Sequence record: DRR723986_618
DNA: 20,000 nucleotides
Strand: one strand, 5' to 3'
Under the pieces are notes generated by a model, which was not told the origin of the DNA, searched no databases, and saw only the letters and a program-made list of their open reading frames with translations. Shown here in pieces: positions 1 to 8,779 of the stretch (its first letter is position 1; the number at the start of each line of letters is the position of its first letter). The translations under genes were made by a program, and so were the position numbers.

Positions 1-100
1 CTCTGACATGCTGTTTCGAATGCTCATTGGGCGCACGGCAATGAAAAACTATATTGTCGACCCCAGTCGCTCTTACTGTGCGAGCGAGCCCCAGCCTTAA
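1..100 (+). CDS. 3' end of a RimK-associated putative ATP-dependent zinc/aspartyl protease (RimB-like), partial
   Basis: Manual translation from nt 2 gives [32 protein letters not shown], stop TAA at 98-100. It matches the family C-terminal motif M.FRMLLGR.A....VDP..SY and lies directly upstream of rimK. Confidence 0.8.
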   Translation, partial: SDMLFRMLIGRTAMKNYIVDPSRSYCASEPQP

Positions 101-137
101 CCCACTGCGCACCGAAGGTGCACGGAGAGTACCGACT

Positions 138-1043
138 ATGAAAATCGCCATACTGTCACGCAATAGCCGCCTTTACTCCACCCGGCGACTGGTCGAAGCC
201 TGCAAGGAAAGGGGCCACGAAGTGCGCGTGCTCGATACACTCAAATGCTATATGGAGCTGAGCTCTAACGAGCCTGCGGTGTGGTACAAAGGCGAAAAGC
301 TGGAAGATTTCGACGCCATTATTCCGCGCATCGGCGCCTCTATCACGACCTATGGTTTGGCGGTTATCCGCCAGTTCGAAATGATGGGCACCTACAGCCT
401 GACCGAGTCGGTGGCGCTAGGCCGCTCCCGAGATAAATTGCGCGCCCTGCAATTAATGTCGCGCAAAAATATCGGTATGCCCGTAACCAGCTTCGCCCAC
501 GACGTGCACAACACCAAGGAACTCATTAAATTGGTGGGCGGAGCACCGGTCGTCGTCAAACTGCTCGCGGGTACCCAAGGGCGGGGCGTGGTGTTAGCAG
601 AAACCGCCAAGGCCGCCGAAAGTGTTATCGATGCGTTTCGTGAGCTCAAAGCTGATTTTCTCGTCCAGGAGTTCATCAAAGAAGCGGGCGGCTCGGATGT
701 GCGCTGCCTGGTCATCGGCCGTAAAGTGGTGGCGGCCATGCAACGCACCGCGGCGAGCGGCGAGTTTCGCTCCAACCTTCATCGCGGGGGTAGCGCCGAA
801 CTCACCAAGCTGACGCCGGCGGAGCGCGCCACAGCGGTCAAGGCCGCACAAATTATGGGCCTGAATGTTGCCGGCGTAGATATATTGCGCTCCTCGCGTG
901 GCCCTCTGGTTATGGAGGTCAACTCCTCCCCCGGACTGGAAGGGATTGAAACGGCCAGCCGCAAGAACGTCGCCGGTGAAATCGTCAAGTTTATCGAAGA
1001 AAATGCTGGCCCTAATAAAACTAAAACACGTGGCCGAGGCTAA
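138..1043 (+). CDS. rimK: Ribosomal protein S6--L-glutamate ligase RimK (ATP-grasp)
   Basis: [22 protein letters not shown]-terminus and motifs [46 protein letters not shown]. The ATG at 138 has a GGAGAG RBS, so the ORF-track start at 54 is an upstream extension. Confidence 0.96.
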   Translation: MKIAILSRNSRLYSTRRLVEACKERGHEVRVLDTLKCYMELSSNEPAVWYKGEKLEDFDAIIPRIGASITTYGLAVIRQFEMMGTYSLTESVALGRSRDKLRALQLMSRKNIGMPVTSFAHDVHNTKELIKLVGGAPVVVKLLAGTQGRGVVLAETAKAAESVIDAFRELKADFLVQEFIKEAGGSDVRCLVIGRKVVAAMQRTAASGEFRSNLHRGGSAELTKLTPAERATAVKAAQIMGLNVAGVDILRSSRGPLVMEVNSSPGLEGIETASRKNVAGEIVKFIEENAGPNKTKTRGRG

Positions 1044-1074
1044 ACTCCGCCCTTTTGTTCCGGAGCCTTACTGA

Positions 1075-2178
1075 GTGTCTGAAAAACCCACAGCGAGCAG
1101 ACGGCGTAGCCGTCCACAGGCAAAACGCATTGTTATCGCCGGCACAGAGATTATTCCCGGCAGCCGCCAACAGCTGGCGCTGCCGGTCGCCAAGCTCTAC
1201 ACCCATACCGAGCTTTCCATCACCATCAAAACCGTGCGCAGCAAACGCGAGGGGCCAACCCTCTTTGTCAGCGCCGCCATTCACGGTGATGAAATTAATG
1301 GCGTAGAGATTGTCCGGCGCCTGCTCCAGCATCGCTCCCTGCGCTCATTGCGCGGCACCTTGGTCACCATACCCGTGGTCAATGTACACGGTTTTCTGAA
1401 CAACAGCCGCTACCTGCCCGACGGCCGAGACCTCAACCGGAGCTTCCCCGGCTCGCCCAAAAGCTCATTGGCGGGCCGTATTGCCCACAGTTTTTTCAAT
1501 GAAGTGGTTGCCCATTGCGACTACGGGATTGACCTTCACACCGGCGCTCGCCACCGCGGAAACCTGCCGCAAATTCGCGCAGACCTTCAAGACGAGCGCA
1601 CCCGCGCGATGGCCGAAGCCTTCGGCGCCCCGGTAATGCTGCACGCGAAAACCCGCGACGGCTCACTGCGCGAGGTGGCGAATGACCAAAAGATACCCAT
1701 TCTGCTGTATGAGGCAGGGGAAGCACTGCGCTTCGACGAGGTAGCCATTCGGGCCGGTGTGTCGGGGATTATCAACGTGATGCGACAGATTGGCATGTTG
1801 CCCGCGTCCCGCAGCAAGCGCCCAAAGCGCACGCCGATGGTGACCGATCAGTCTTACTGGGTACGCGCCAGGGTTAGCGGCGTACTGAGAGCACTCGTTC
1901 CCCTGGGCGCATTCGTCAAGAAAGATGAGGTTATTGCCGTTATCTCTGATCCTATCGGCGATAGTAGCGGGGACGTCGAGATCGTAGCAAATGATGCCGG
2001 CATCGTTATCGGCCGCACCTATCTGCCGCTGATCTACGAGGGCGACGCGCTCTTTCACATCGCCAAATATAAAGCGGATATCGACGAGGCCCTGCTGCAC
2101 TACAACGAAATCATGGAAGCTTTTGAGCCAGAGGCCTCCCCGCCCGCACCCGGCGAAGACCCTCCGATCGCCAGCTAA
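1075..2178 (+). CDS. Succinylglutamate desuccinylase/aspartoacylase family (M14 ASTE/ASPA-like) metallopeptidase
   Basis: Zn motifs AAIHGDEING, RDLNRSFPG, IDLHTG and catalytic YEAG, plus a C-terminal barrel-sandwich-like domain. GTG start with GGAG RBS at 1062-1065. Confidence 0.9.
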   Translation: MSEKPTASRRRSRPQAKRIVIAGTEIIPGSRQQLALPVAKLYTHTELSITIKTVRSKREGPTLFVSAAIHGDEINGVEIVRRLLQHRSLRSLRGTLVTIPVVNVHGFLNNSRYLPDGRDLNRSFPGSPKSSLAGRIAHSFFNEVVAHCDYGIDLHTGARHRGNLPQIRADLQDERTRAMAEAFGAPVMLHAKTRDGSLREVANDQKIPILLYEAGEALRFDEVAIRAGVSGIINVMRQIGMLPASRSKRPKRTPMVTDQSYWVRARVSGVLRALVPLGAFVKKDEVIAVISDPIGDSSGDVEIVANDAGIVIGRTYLPLIYEGDALFHIAKYKADIDEALLHYNEIMEAFEPEASPPAPGEDPPIAS

Positions 2179-3383
2179 GCCTGCGCTCGTTGTTGTAGGG
2201 TCTGTCCCTGGCAGTGGCTGTCCATAAAGCTCAGCATTAGCTTCAGGTATTCTTGGCGCCCCAGATGGATAACATGATTGCCGGGGAACCAGTGCAAATG
2301 GCTATCGGGCCAATGGCCGTGCAGTAGCCGCACAAAACGCGGCGGTGTAAAGCGGTCACCCGCACCACCAATAATCATCACTTTTTCAGGGTCTAGCAAA
2401 GGCTGATAACTCAAGGGGCTGTGTATCGCCATTCCTCGACGCAAGTCCATGGCCGAAAAGCCAGAACGCCGCTCGATCAACTCCATAATCTCGTGGGTCG
2501 GCTGCCAGCTTCGGATGGTATCTACCGGCGCAACCAGCGGGGAGTTGGGTATGCAAAAGGCCAGACGCGGCTCAACCGCCGCCAACAAGGCGCTTAGGTA
2601 GCCCCCCAAACTCAAACCGGAAATCCCGATATGCGGCGCACCGCGCCGTTCTAGGAAGTCTACCAATACTCGCAGGTCACAGATCGATTGCAGCATGCCC
2701 TCGGTCATCTGAGCAAAACCATCACTAAACAAACCCTGACCACTAAACAATGACAAACGCCCTGCACGCTGCCCATGAAAGGGAATAGTAAACAGAGCAA
2801 TGTCATAGCCGCGCTCGTAAAACCACGGCAACGAGAAGAAACGGCTATTGAACTCGTAGTCGCTGGCTACCACGCCGTGCACAAAAATCAGCGTCGGTCG
2901 CGGCCCCTCCGGGTGACTCCAGTACTGTACCTGCGCGCGACGATTGCGCTGATGGCTGAGGTAGCGGTCCACCATATCCGGGTTCAGTGGTTCAAAGGGG
3001 CTGTCGAAGCTGAGCTGAAGGGTGGGTACTTTCTTTCGCCATCCGGCCCAACGCGGTGTTTGCACGGCCTTTACATCCACCTGCGGGGGCGTCTTAAAAA
3101 CCTTCGTGACATCGCGCTGTGCGGCCAGTCCGGCGTAAAAGTCCATGAACCGGCGCTCATCTGCCAAGGCGCTGGGGTTTAACAGTAGTTTGGGCAACAA
3201 CGACGCACTAATCGCCGACCCCAACGCGGTGCGCAGCACACGGTCTACCGCAGCGGTTCCGTAAACTTGCAAGGGGGACTCACCGTCGAGCTCGGTACCG
3301 TCGGACTGACTGTAAAAATCTTCCGGGAGACTCAACCACCACGGCGGCATCTCCGTCACTTTGGGCAGCGCGTTATCAGTCAT
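2175..3383 (-). CDS. Alpha/beta hydrolase family protein (ABHD18/DUF2048-like)
   Basis: Nucleophile elbow GLSLGG, oxyanion FVHG, putative Asp in GDRF and His in PGNH. AAGGA RBS upstream. Its stop overlaps the M14 gene stop by 4 nt. Confidence 0.85.
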   Translation of the reverse strand: MTDNALPKVTEMPPWWLSLPEDFYSQSDGTELDGESPLQVYGTAAVDRVLRTALGSAISASLLPKLLLNPSALADERRFMDFYAGLAAQRDVTKVFKTPPQVDVKAVQTPRWAGWRKKVPTLQLSFDSPFEPLNPDMVDRYLSHQRNRRAQVQYWSHPEGPRPTLIFVHGVVASDYEFNSRFFSLPWFYERGYDIALFTIPFHGQRAGRLSLFSGQGLFSDGFAQMTEGMLQSICDLRVLVDFLERRGAPHIGISGLSLGGYLSALLAAVEPRLAFCIPNSPLVAPVDTIRSWQPTHEIMELIERRSGFSAMDLRRGMAIHSPLSYQPLLDPEKVMIIGGAGDRFTPPRFVRLLHGHWPDSHLHWFPGNHVIHLGRQEYLKLMLSFMDSHCQGQTLQQRAQA

Positions 3384-3474
3384 TGTTGTCCTTATTATTT
3401 ATCAGCGTCTCACCTCGTTTTATCATATTCTCCATTAAATGAAAGCCCGCATGTGTCGAGATAAGCTCCTAGCC

Positions 3475-3503
3475 TTGCCCACTGGCGCGCGACAACCTAA
3501 GCT
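3475..3503 (+). promoter_or_regulatory. Candidate sigma70 promoter for xerC
   Basis: TTGCCC (3475-3480), 17 nt spacer, TAAGCT (3498-3503), 26 nt before the xerC ATG. Confidence 0.35.
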
Positions 3504-3529
3504 GAGACCTTCGAACACAGGCCAACCGT

Positions 3530-4423
3530 ATGCTCGAACAGGAAATCCGGCAATTCCTTGACTATCAGCGCGATGTCCGACGGCTTTCCCCCCATACAGT
3601 GGAGGCCTACCAGCGCGACCTGAGCAAGCTCGCCAATTATTGCCAAGAGCGCAAACTGACGCACAGCGACGCGCTCGACGCCGCCCATATCCGCCAGTTA
3701 ATTGCCCAGCAACGAAGCAGTGGCGCCTCTCCGGCGAGCATCCAGCGGCAACTGTCATCACTGCGCAGTTTTTACCAGCATCGCCAGCGCGATTTCGGTG
3801 CGAAGAAAAACCCCGCCAGTGGAATCGCCGCGCCGCGACGGGGGCGCCCCCTGCCTAAAACACTCAATGCAGAAGCGATAGCGCAATTGCTTGCCTTTCC
3901 GGGAAGTGAGCCGATTGATCTGCGTGACCGCGCCATAATGGAGTTGTTTTATTCATCGGGCCTGCGTCTCGCTGAGCTTGCCGACCTAGATGTCAACGAT
4001 ATTGATCTGCGCGAAGGACTAGTTGCGGTCACCGGCAAAGGGCGCAAGAGCCGCACACTCCCTGTGGGCCGGCTGGCATGCCAGGCAGTTAAGAGCTGGC
4101 TGCGCTGTCGCCCCCAGCCGGAAGACACCGCCCTCTTCACCAGCATGCGCGGCGGGCGCCTCGGCCACCGCGCAATTCAGGGTCGCATCAAACTTCGTGC
4201 CCGGCAACAAGGTATCCCTGAAAACCTTCACCCACATATGCTGCGGCACTCCTTTGCCAGCCACCTATTGGAATCCAGCAGCGACTTGCGCGGCGTACAA
4301 GAATTACTGGGTCACGCAAACTTATCCACGACCCAGGTATATACGCACTTGGATTTTCAGCACCTCGCCAAGGTTTATGATCAGGCTCACCCCAGAGCGG
4401 GACGCAAAACCAGAAAGGACTAG
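3530..4423 (+). CDS. xerC: Tyrosine recombinase XerC
   Basis: SPHTVEAYQRDL, RDRAIMELFYSSGLRLAEL, GKGRK and HPHMLRHSFASHLLESSSDLRGVQELLGHANLSTTQVYT (R-K-H-R-H-Y catalytic set), C-terminal YDQAHPRA, followed by a YigB-like HAD gene as is typical. Confidence 0.95.
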   Translation: MLEQEIRQFLDYQRDVRRLSPHTVEAYQRDLSKLANYCQERKLTHSDALDAAHIRQLIAQQRSSGASPASIQRQLSSLRSFYQHRQRDFGAKKNPASGIAAPRRGRPLPKTLNAEAIAQLLAFPGSEPIDLRDRAIMELFYSSGLRLAELADLDVNDIDLREGLVAVTGKGRKSRTLPVGRLACQAVKSWLRCRPQPEDTALFTSMRGGRLGHRAIQGRIKLRARQQGIPENLHPHMLRHSFASHLLESSSDLRGVQELLGHANLSTTQVYTHLDFQHLAKVYDQAHPRAGRKTRKD

Positions 4424-4425
4424 CC

Positions 4426-5133
4426 ATGGCACGCATTCGCGCAATTAGCTTTGATCTCGACGACACACTCTGGCCAAGCCGCCCGGTGCTGGAGTCCGCA
4501 GAGCGCGTGTTTCAGCAAAAAGCACTAGAGCTTGCACCAAAGCTCGCGGAACATTACCCCGCCGAAGCGCTGCGCGAGCATCGCCTGGCGTTATTGAAGC
4601 AGCAACCCGCACTGCGTCACCAGATCAGTGAATGGCGTCGACTCAGTTTGGAACTTGCCCTGCGCGATTGCGGCTATGGCGAGCAGAGTCCCGAGATCGC
4701 TGCCGAAGTCTTTACTCACTTCATTGCAGCTCGCCAAAATGTTCAACTCTTTCAGCATGTGGAAGAGGTGTTACGCGCGCTTAGCGAGCGATTCCTTTTG
4801 GTCAGCTTAACCAATGGCAACGCGGACCTGCGCATGCACCCCTGCAGTCGACATTTTCACGCCTGCATAAAAGCGGAGGACATCGGCATTAGTAAACCCG
4901 ACCCTGCTGCCTTTCACGCCGCGCTTGCTGCCGCCGGCTGCGCTAAGGGTGAGTTGCTTCATATTGGCGACCACCCACGGGATGATATTGACGGCGCGCA
5001 GGGGGCGGGCTTAACCAGCATTCAAGCACTTATGCCCGGGATTGGCCGCGAAAAGCACACGGGGGCTCACGGCCACTTTACAGATTGGCGCGAGCTACCC
5101 ACGCTTATCGAGCAGATTGAAAATATGCGTTAA
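4426..5133 (+). CDS. HAD-IA family hydrolase (YigB-like phosphatase)
   Basis: Motif I FDLDDTLW, motif II LTNGN, motifs III/IV KPDP...HIGDHPRDD. Starts 2 nt after the xerC stop. Confidence 0.92.
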   Translation: MARIRAISFDLDDTLWPSRPVLESAERVFQQKALELAPKLAEHYPAEALREHRLALLKQQPALRHQISEWRRLSLELALRDCGYGEQSPEIAAEVFTHFIAARQNVQLFQHVEEVLRALSERFLLVSLTNGNADLRMHPCSRHFHACIKAEDIGISKPDPAAFHAALAAAGCAKGELLHIGDHPRDDIDGAQGAGLTSIQALMPGIGREKHTGAHGHFTDWRELPTLIEQIENMR

Positions 5134-5327
5134 ACGCCGTCTTGATCAGCATCCGCATGCCCGCTGCGCATATGCGGCTCAAGCTCAGTAATATGACCAC
5201 CGTGCGCCAGGAATTCAGCGACGTCCCTAGCGAGTTGCTCCCGCATACGGTCGTGACTCGTCAGCGGCTCATTCACGCCTAAGCCAAGGTGTTTTTTTGT
5301 ATCACCGCCTCGAACTTTTGATCCCAT
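5130..5327 (-). CDS. Small SutA-like RNA-polymerase-binding protein (65 aa)
   Basis: REQLARDVAEFLAHGGHITELEP resembles the SutA core RDALAKAMEEFLSRGGKVQEIEP (recalled). The ATG at 5327 has a GGAGGG RBS. Position between xerC-HAD and amtB-glnK matches sutA in Pseudomonas. Confidence 0.7.
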   Translation of the reverse strand: MGSKVRGGDTKKHLGLGVNEPLTSHDRMREQLARDVAEFLAHGGHITELEPHMRSGHADADQDGV

Positions 5328-5368
5328 CAGCTTACCCTCCGCGTTGGAGAACAATCAGTCGTCACCGC

Positions 5369-5398
5369 TTTATACTGCGACCCCAGCCGGGCTGACAA
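5369..5398 (-). promoter_or_regulatory. sigma70-type promoter for the SutA-like gene
   Basis: Minus strand TTGTCA, 18 nt spacer, TATAAA. Confidence 0.5.
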
Positions 5399-5482
5399 GC
5401 GCCTTATTAGGCTTTTTCGTTATGTCACTCAGGCAATATCTACTCAAACAATAATAATGCGTTGATTGACGAACATTCAGGC

Positions 5483-5508
5483 AAAAAAAATGGCGCCGAA
5501 GCGCCATT
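5483..5508 (-). terminator. Rho-independent terminator after the second PII gene
   Basis: Minus strand AATGGCGC-TTCG-GCGCCATT running into a T8 tract, with a C(UUCG)G tetraloop. Confidence 0.9.
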
Positions 5509-5527
5509 CACTAAAAAGCTCTGCCGG

Positions 5528-5908
<381 letters not shown>

Positions 5909-5926
5909 CTAGGCCCAGTACCCTTG

Positions 5927-5941
5927 GCAAGCATAGCGCCA
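5927..5941 (-). promoter_or_regulatory. sigma54 (-24/-12) promoter upstream of the second PII gene
   Basis: Minus strand TGGCGC-TATGC-TTGC with exact GG-N10-GC spacing, 60 nt upstream of the ATG and just downstream of the amtB terminator. Confidence 0.6.
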
Positions 5942-5967
5942 TTGCTGCAGCCTATCCCTACAACGGC

Positions 5968-5991
5968 AAAAGGGCGCCGCAAGGGCGCCCT
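5968..5991 (-). terminator. Probable intrinsic terminator after amtB
   Basis: Minus strand AGGGCGCC-CTTGC-GGCGCCCT running into TTTT. The U tract is short, so it may be leaky. Confidence 0.65.
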
Positions 5992-6011
5992 GATCAAAAG
6001 GAGGCGTTGAC

Positions 6012-7271
6012 TTAGCTCTTCACAAATTCGGGGTATGCTTCCATACCGCAGTCTGCCAAGTCCATGCCTTCGTATTCTTCCTCTTCGGTAACACGGATAC
6101 CCATGACCATTTTCAGTACCAGCCACACTACCAGGCTTGCACCAAATACCCAGCCAAAGATGGTTGCAGCGCCGATCAGCTGACCGCTGAAGCTCGCACC
6201 GTCGTTGGTAACTGGCACCAGCAGCAGACCCAGAAGACCCACAACACCGTGAACAGAGATGGCACCAACGGGGTCGTCGATTTTCAGCTTATCCAGAGCC
6301 AGGATGCTGAATACCACCAGTACACCACCCGCAGCACCGAACAAGGTCGCTTGCAAGGCAGTAGGTGTAGAAGGTTCAGCAGTAATCGCTACCAGACCAG
6401 CAAGCGCACCGTTCAGCAGCATAGTCAGGTCAGCTTTGCCGAATAAGATGCGGGCTACCGCCAGGGCTGCTACGGCACCACCGGCTGCTGCCGCGTTGGT
6501 GTTCAAAAAGACCATGGCAACAGAGTGTGCGTTAGCAGCGTCGCCGAGTTTCAGTACTGAGCCACCGTTGAAGCCGAACCAACCCATCCACAGGATGAAG
6601 GTACCCAAGGTCGCCAGTGGCAGGTTTGCACCGGGGATCGCGTTAACCTGACCGTTTGCACCGTATTTGCCCTTACGAGCACCAAGCAGCAACACGCCAG
6701 CCAGCGCCGCAGCGGCACCTGCCATGTGTACTATGCCCGAGCCAGCAAAGTCAGAGAAGCCAAGGTCGCCGAGGTTATACAAACCGAATACGTCGTTGCC
6801 ACCCCAGGTCCAAGACCCTTCCAGCGGATAGATCACACCCGTCATCACAACCGCGAAGGCCAGGAATGCCCAAAGCTTCATGCGCTCAGCCACTGCACCG
6901 GATACGATCGACATTGCGGTTGCAACGAAGACTACCTGGAAGAAGAAGTCGGAAGCGCCAGAGTATACTGAACCGCCGTCAAAGCCGGCTTCTGCCGAGT
7001 CTGCCAACACGCCTTCAAGGTCGAAGTCGCCAATGCCACTTAGCAAGATGTCACCGCCGTACATGATCGCGTAACCGCACACCAAGTACATGATGCAGCT
7101 GATCGCAAACAACGCGACGTTTTTAGTCAGGATTTCTGTGGTGTTTTTGCTGCGAACCAAGCCCGCTTCTAGCATGGCAAAGCCTGCAGCCATCCACATT
7201 ACAAGTGCGCCACAGACAAGAAAGTAAAACGTGTCCATTGCGTACTGAAGTTCAAAAATTTGATTTTCCAC
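6012..7271 (-). CDS. amtB: Ammonium transporter (Amt family)
   Basis: GFAMLEAGLVRSKN, FFFQVVF, AERMK, DFAGSGIVH, WMGWFGFNGGS, DDPVGAISVHG (twin His), multiple hydrophobic helices. GTG start with GGAGG RBS. Confidence 0.96.
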   Translation of the reverse strand: MENQIFELQYAMDTFYFLVCGALVMWMAAGFAMLEAGLVRSKNTTEILTKNVALFAISCIMYLVCGYAIMYGGDILLSGIGDFDLEGVLADSAEAGFDGGSVYSGASDFFFQVVFVATAMSIVSGAVAERMKLWAFLAFAVVMTGVIYPLEGSWTWGGNDVFGLYNLGDLGFSDFAGSGIVHMAGAAAALAGVLLLGARKGKYGANGQVNAIPGANLPLATLGTFILWMGWFGFNGGSVLKLGDAANAHSVAMVFLNTNAAAAGGAVAALAVARILFGKADLTMLLNGALAGLVAITAEPSTPTALQATLFGAAGGVLVVFSILALDKLKIDDPVGAISVHGVVGLLGLLLVPVTNDGASFSGQLIGAATIFGWVFGASLVVWLVLKMVMGIRVTEEEEYEGMDLADCGMEAYPEFVKS

Positions 7272-7341
7272 TGGGATTCCTCCGGAAAAATTTGGGGGCC
7301 TACTGCTTTACCACCACCGCGTGGCGGGTAGCCCGCTACTC

Positions 7342-7692
<351 letters not shown>

Positions 7693-7741
7693 CTAATAGC
7701 CTTGAGGGCAGGCGGGCACTGGAGTACCCGCCGCGATCTAA

Positions 7742-8440
7742 TTACAGGCTTTTTGAGATAGAGAAGATGGCACGGTCTTCAGTGTTATCGTTGTCTGCGT
7801 CGATATCTGTTCCAACATAGGCCAGGGACAGAGTTACGCCGGCAACGTCATAATTCACGCCGATCAAGTAGTCGATGTAAGTGTCATCCGAGTCAACCTG
7901 ATTATCATCTTCGGTCATAGTTTGGCCAATATGAAAATCGACGCTCACGCCTTCCTGCACAGCCAGGCTGTAATCTAGGCTGATCACTGTGGCATCGCCT
8001 TTACCGTCGCCAAAGTACTCGGGTGAATAAACCAGACCCGCGGTGAAATCACCGTAAGATACTGACGCTACGTACTCCTGATAATTGGAAGCAGACTCCG
8101 CACCGGGGTAGGTAAACTGCCAGAAAGACAGATCGACACTAACGTTCTCACTGGCATCAAACGCGTAGCCAACGTAGTAGTCTGTCTCTGTGCTGTTTTG
8201 CTCGACTGAGCTCTTGCCGTCAGAAAAGTTAACGCTAGATGCCCAAACCCCGACATAAGCTCCAGATTCAAAGCCATAGTCGAACCCGCCTTGAATCGCC
8301 ATTTTTTCATTTGTTTGTGAAACACCACGGAACGAGTAATCACTAGTCCAAGTTACATTCCCGCTAATATCACCAGCGTGAACAATCATAGGAGCAGATG
8401 AAATCGCCGCTACACCAAGCATTTTTTTCCAAGTGTTCAT
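7742..8440 (-). CDS. TorF family (TIGR02001-type) putative outer-membrane porin
   Basis: Signal peptide ending VHA, N-terminal SDYSFRGVSQT...AIQGGFDY...GVWASSV motif, beta-barrel-like C-terminus FSISKSL. This family is commonly found upstream of glnK-amtB. Confidence 0.88.
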   Translation of the reverse strand: MNTWKKMLGVAAISSAPMIVHAGDISGNVTWTSDYSFRGVSQTNEKMAIQGGFDYGFESGAYVGVWASSVNFSDGKSSVEQNSTETDYYVGYAFDASENVSVDLSFWQFTYPGAESASNYQEYVASVSYGDFTAGLVYSPEYFGDGKGDATVISLDYSLAVQEGVSVDFHIGQTMTEDDNQVDSDDTYIDYLIGVNYDVAGVTLSLAYVGTDIDADNDNTEDRAIFSISKSL

Positions 8441-8518
8441 GTTCTAGTCTCCGATAGTCTTCTCTCGTTGAACGTATGCGGTTAAGGGAAGGCCCTGAAC
8501 ATCACATGCCTAGCTATA

Positions 8519-8534
8519 TGCATGGGGCGTGCCA
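8519..8534 (-). promoter_or_regulatory. sigma54 promoter of the porin-glnK-amtB operon
   Basis: Minus strand TGGCAC-GCCCC-ATGCA with GG-N10-GC spacing, about 80 nt upstream of the porin ATG. Confidence 0.8.
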
Positions 8535-8636
8535 GGTTTTAAAGCGCCCAAAATCAGGGCTTTCCCGCCACAAAACACCCCATCACACCCCTTTCCGCAC
8601 TATTTCAGATCACAAAACAACAACACACCTGAGTTA

Positions 8637-8653
8637 AGCACCATATCGGTGCA
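8637..8653. promoter_or_regulatory. NtrC-type enhancer site
   Basis: AGCACC-ATATC-GGTGCA versus consensus TGCACC-N5-GGTGCA, about 100 bp upstream of the sigma54 -24 element. A weaker second site CGCACT-ATTTC-AGATCA lies at 8596-8612. Confidence 0.78.
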
Positions 8654-8779
8654 ATTTCACATTACTCTCGTTTGCCGCCCCTAAACAGCGCAAACACCAC
8701 CGGGAACAAAAACTGTGCACGCTCTGCGACGCCGTGCAAAAGTGCGATAAACTGTCGCCAGCAACGAGAGAGTATCGCC

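Noticed and set aside
54-137. N-terminal extension of RimK from the ORF track
   Set aside because: It overlaps the upstream protease gene. The conserved RimK start and RBS are at 138. ORF-track extensions of glnK', ubiK, the epimerase and the protease were trimmed for the same kind of reason.
1045-1065. CTCCG/CGGAG pairing over the RBS of the M14 gene
   Set aside because: A 5-bp stem with an 11-nt loop is too weak to distinguish from chance.
3530-4423. Tyrosine recombinase as the integrase of a mobile element
   Set aside because: Motifs and the downstream HAD gene identify housekeeping XerC. No att repeats, phage genes or cargo were seen.
8715-8737. TGCAC-N13-GTGCA palindrome as an additional NtrC site
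   Set aside because: The spacing does not fit TGCAC-N7-GTGCA, so it cannot be supported.
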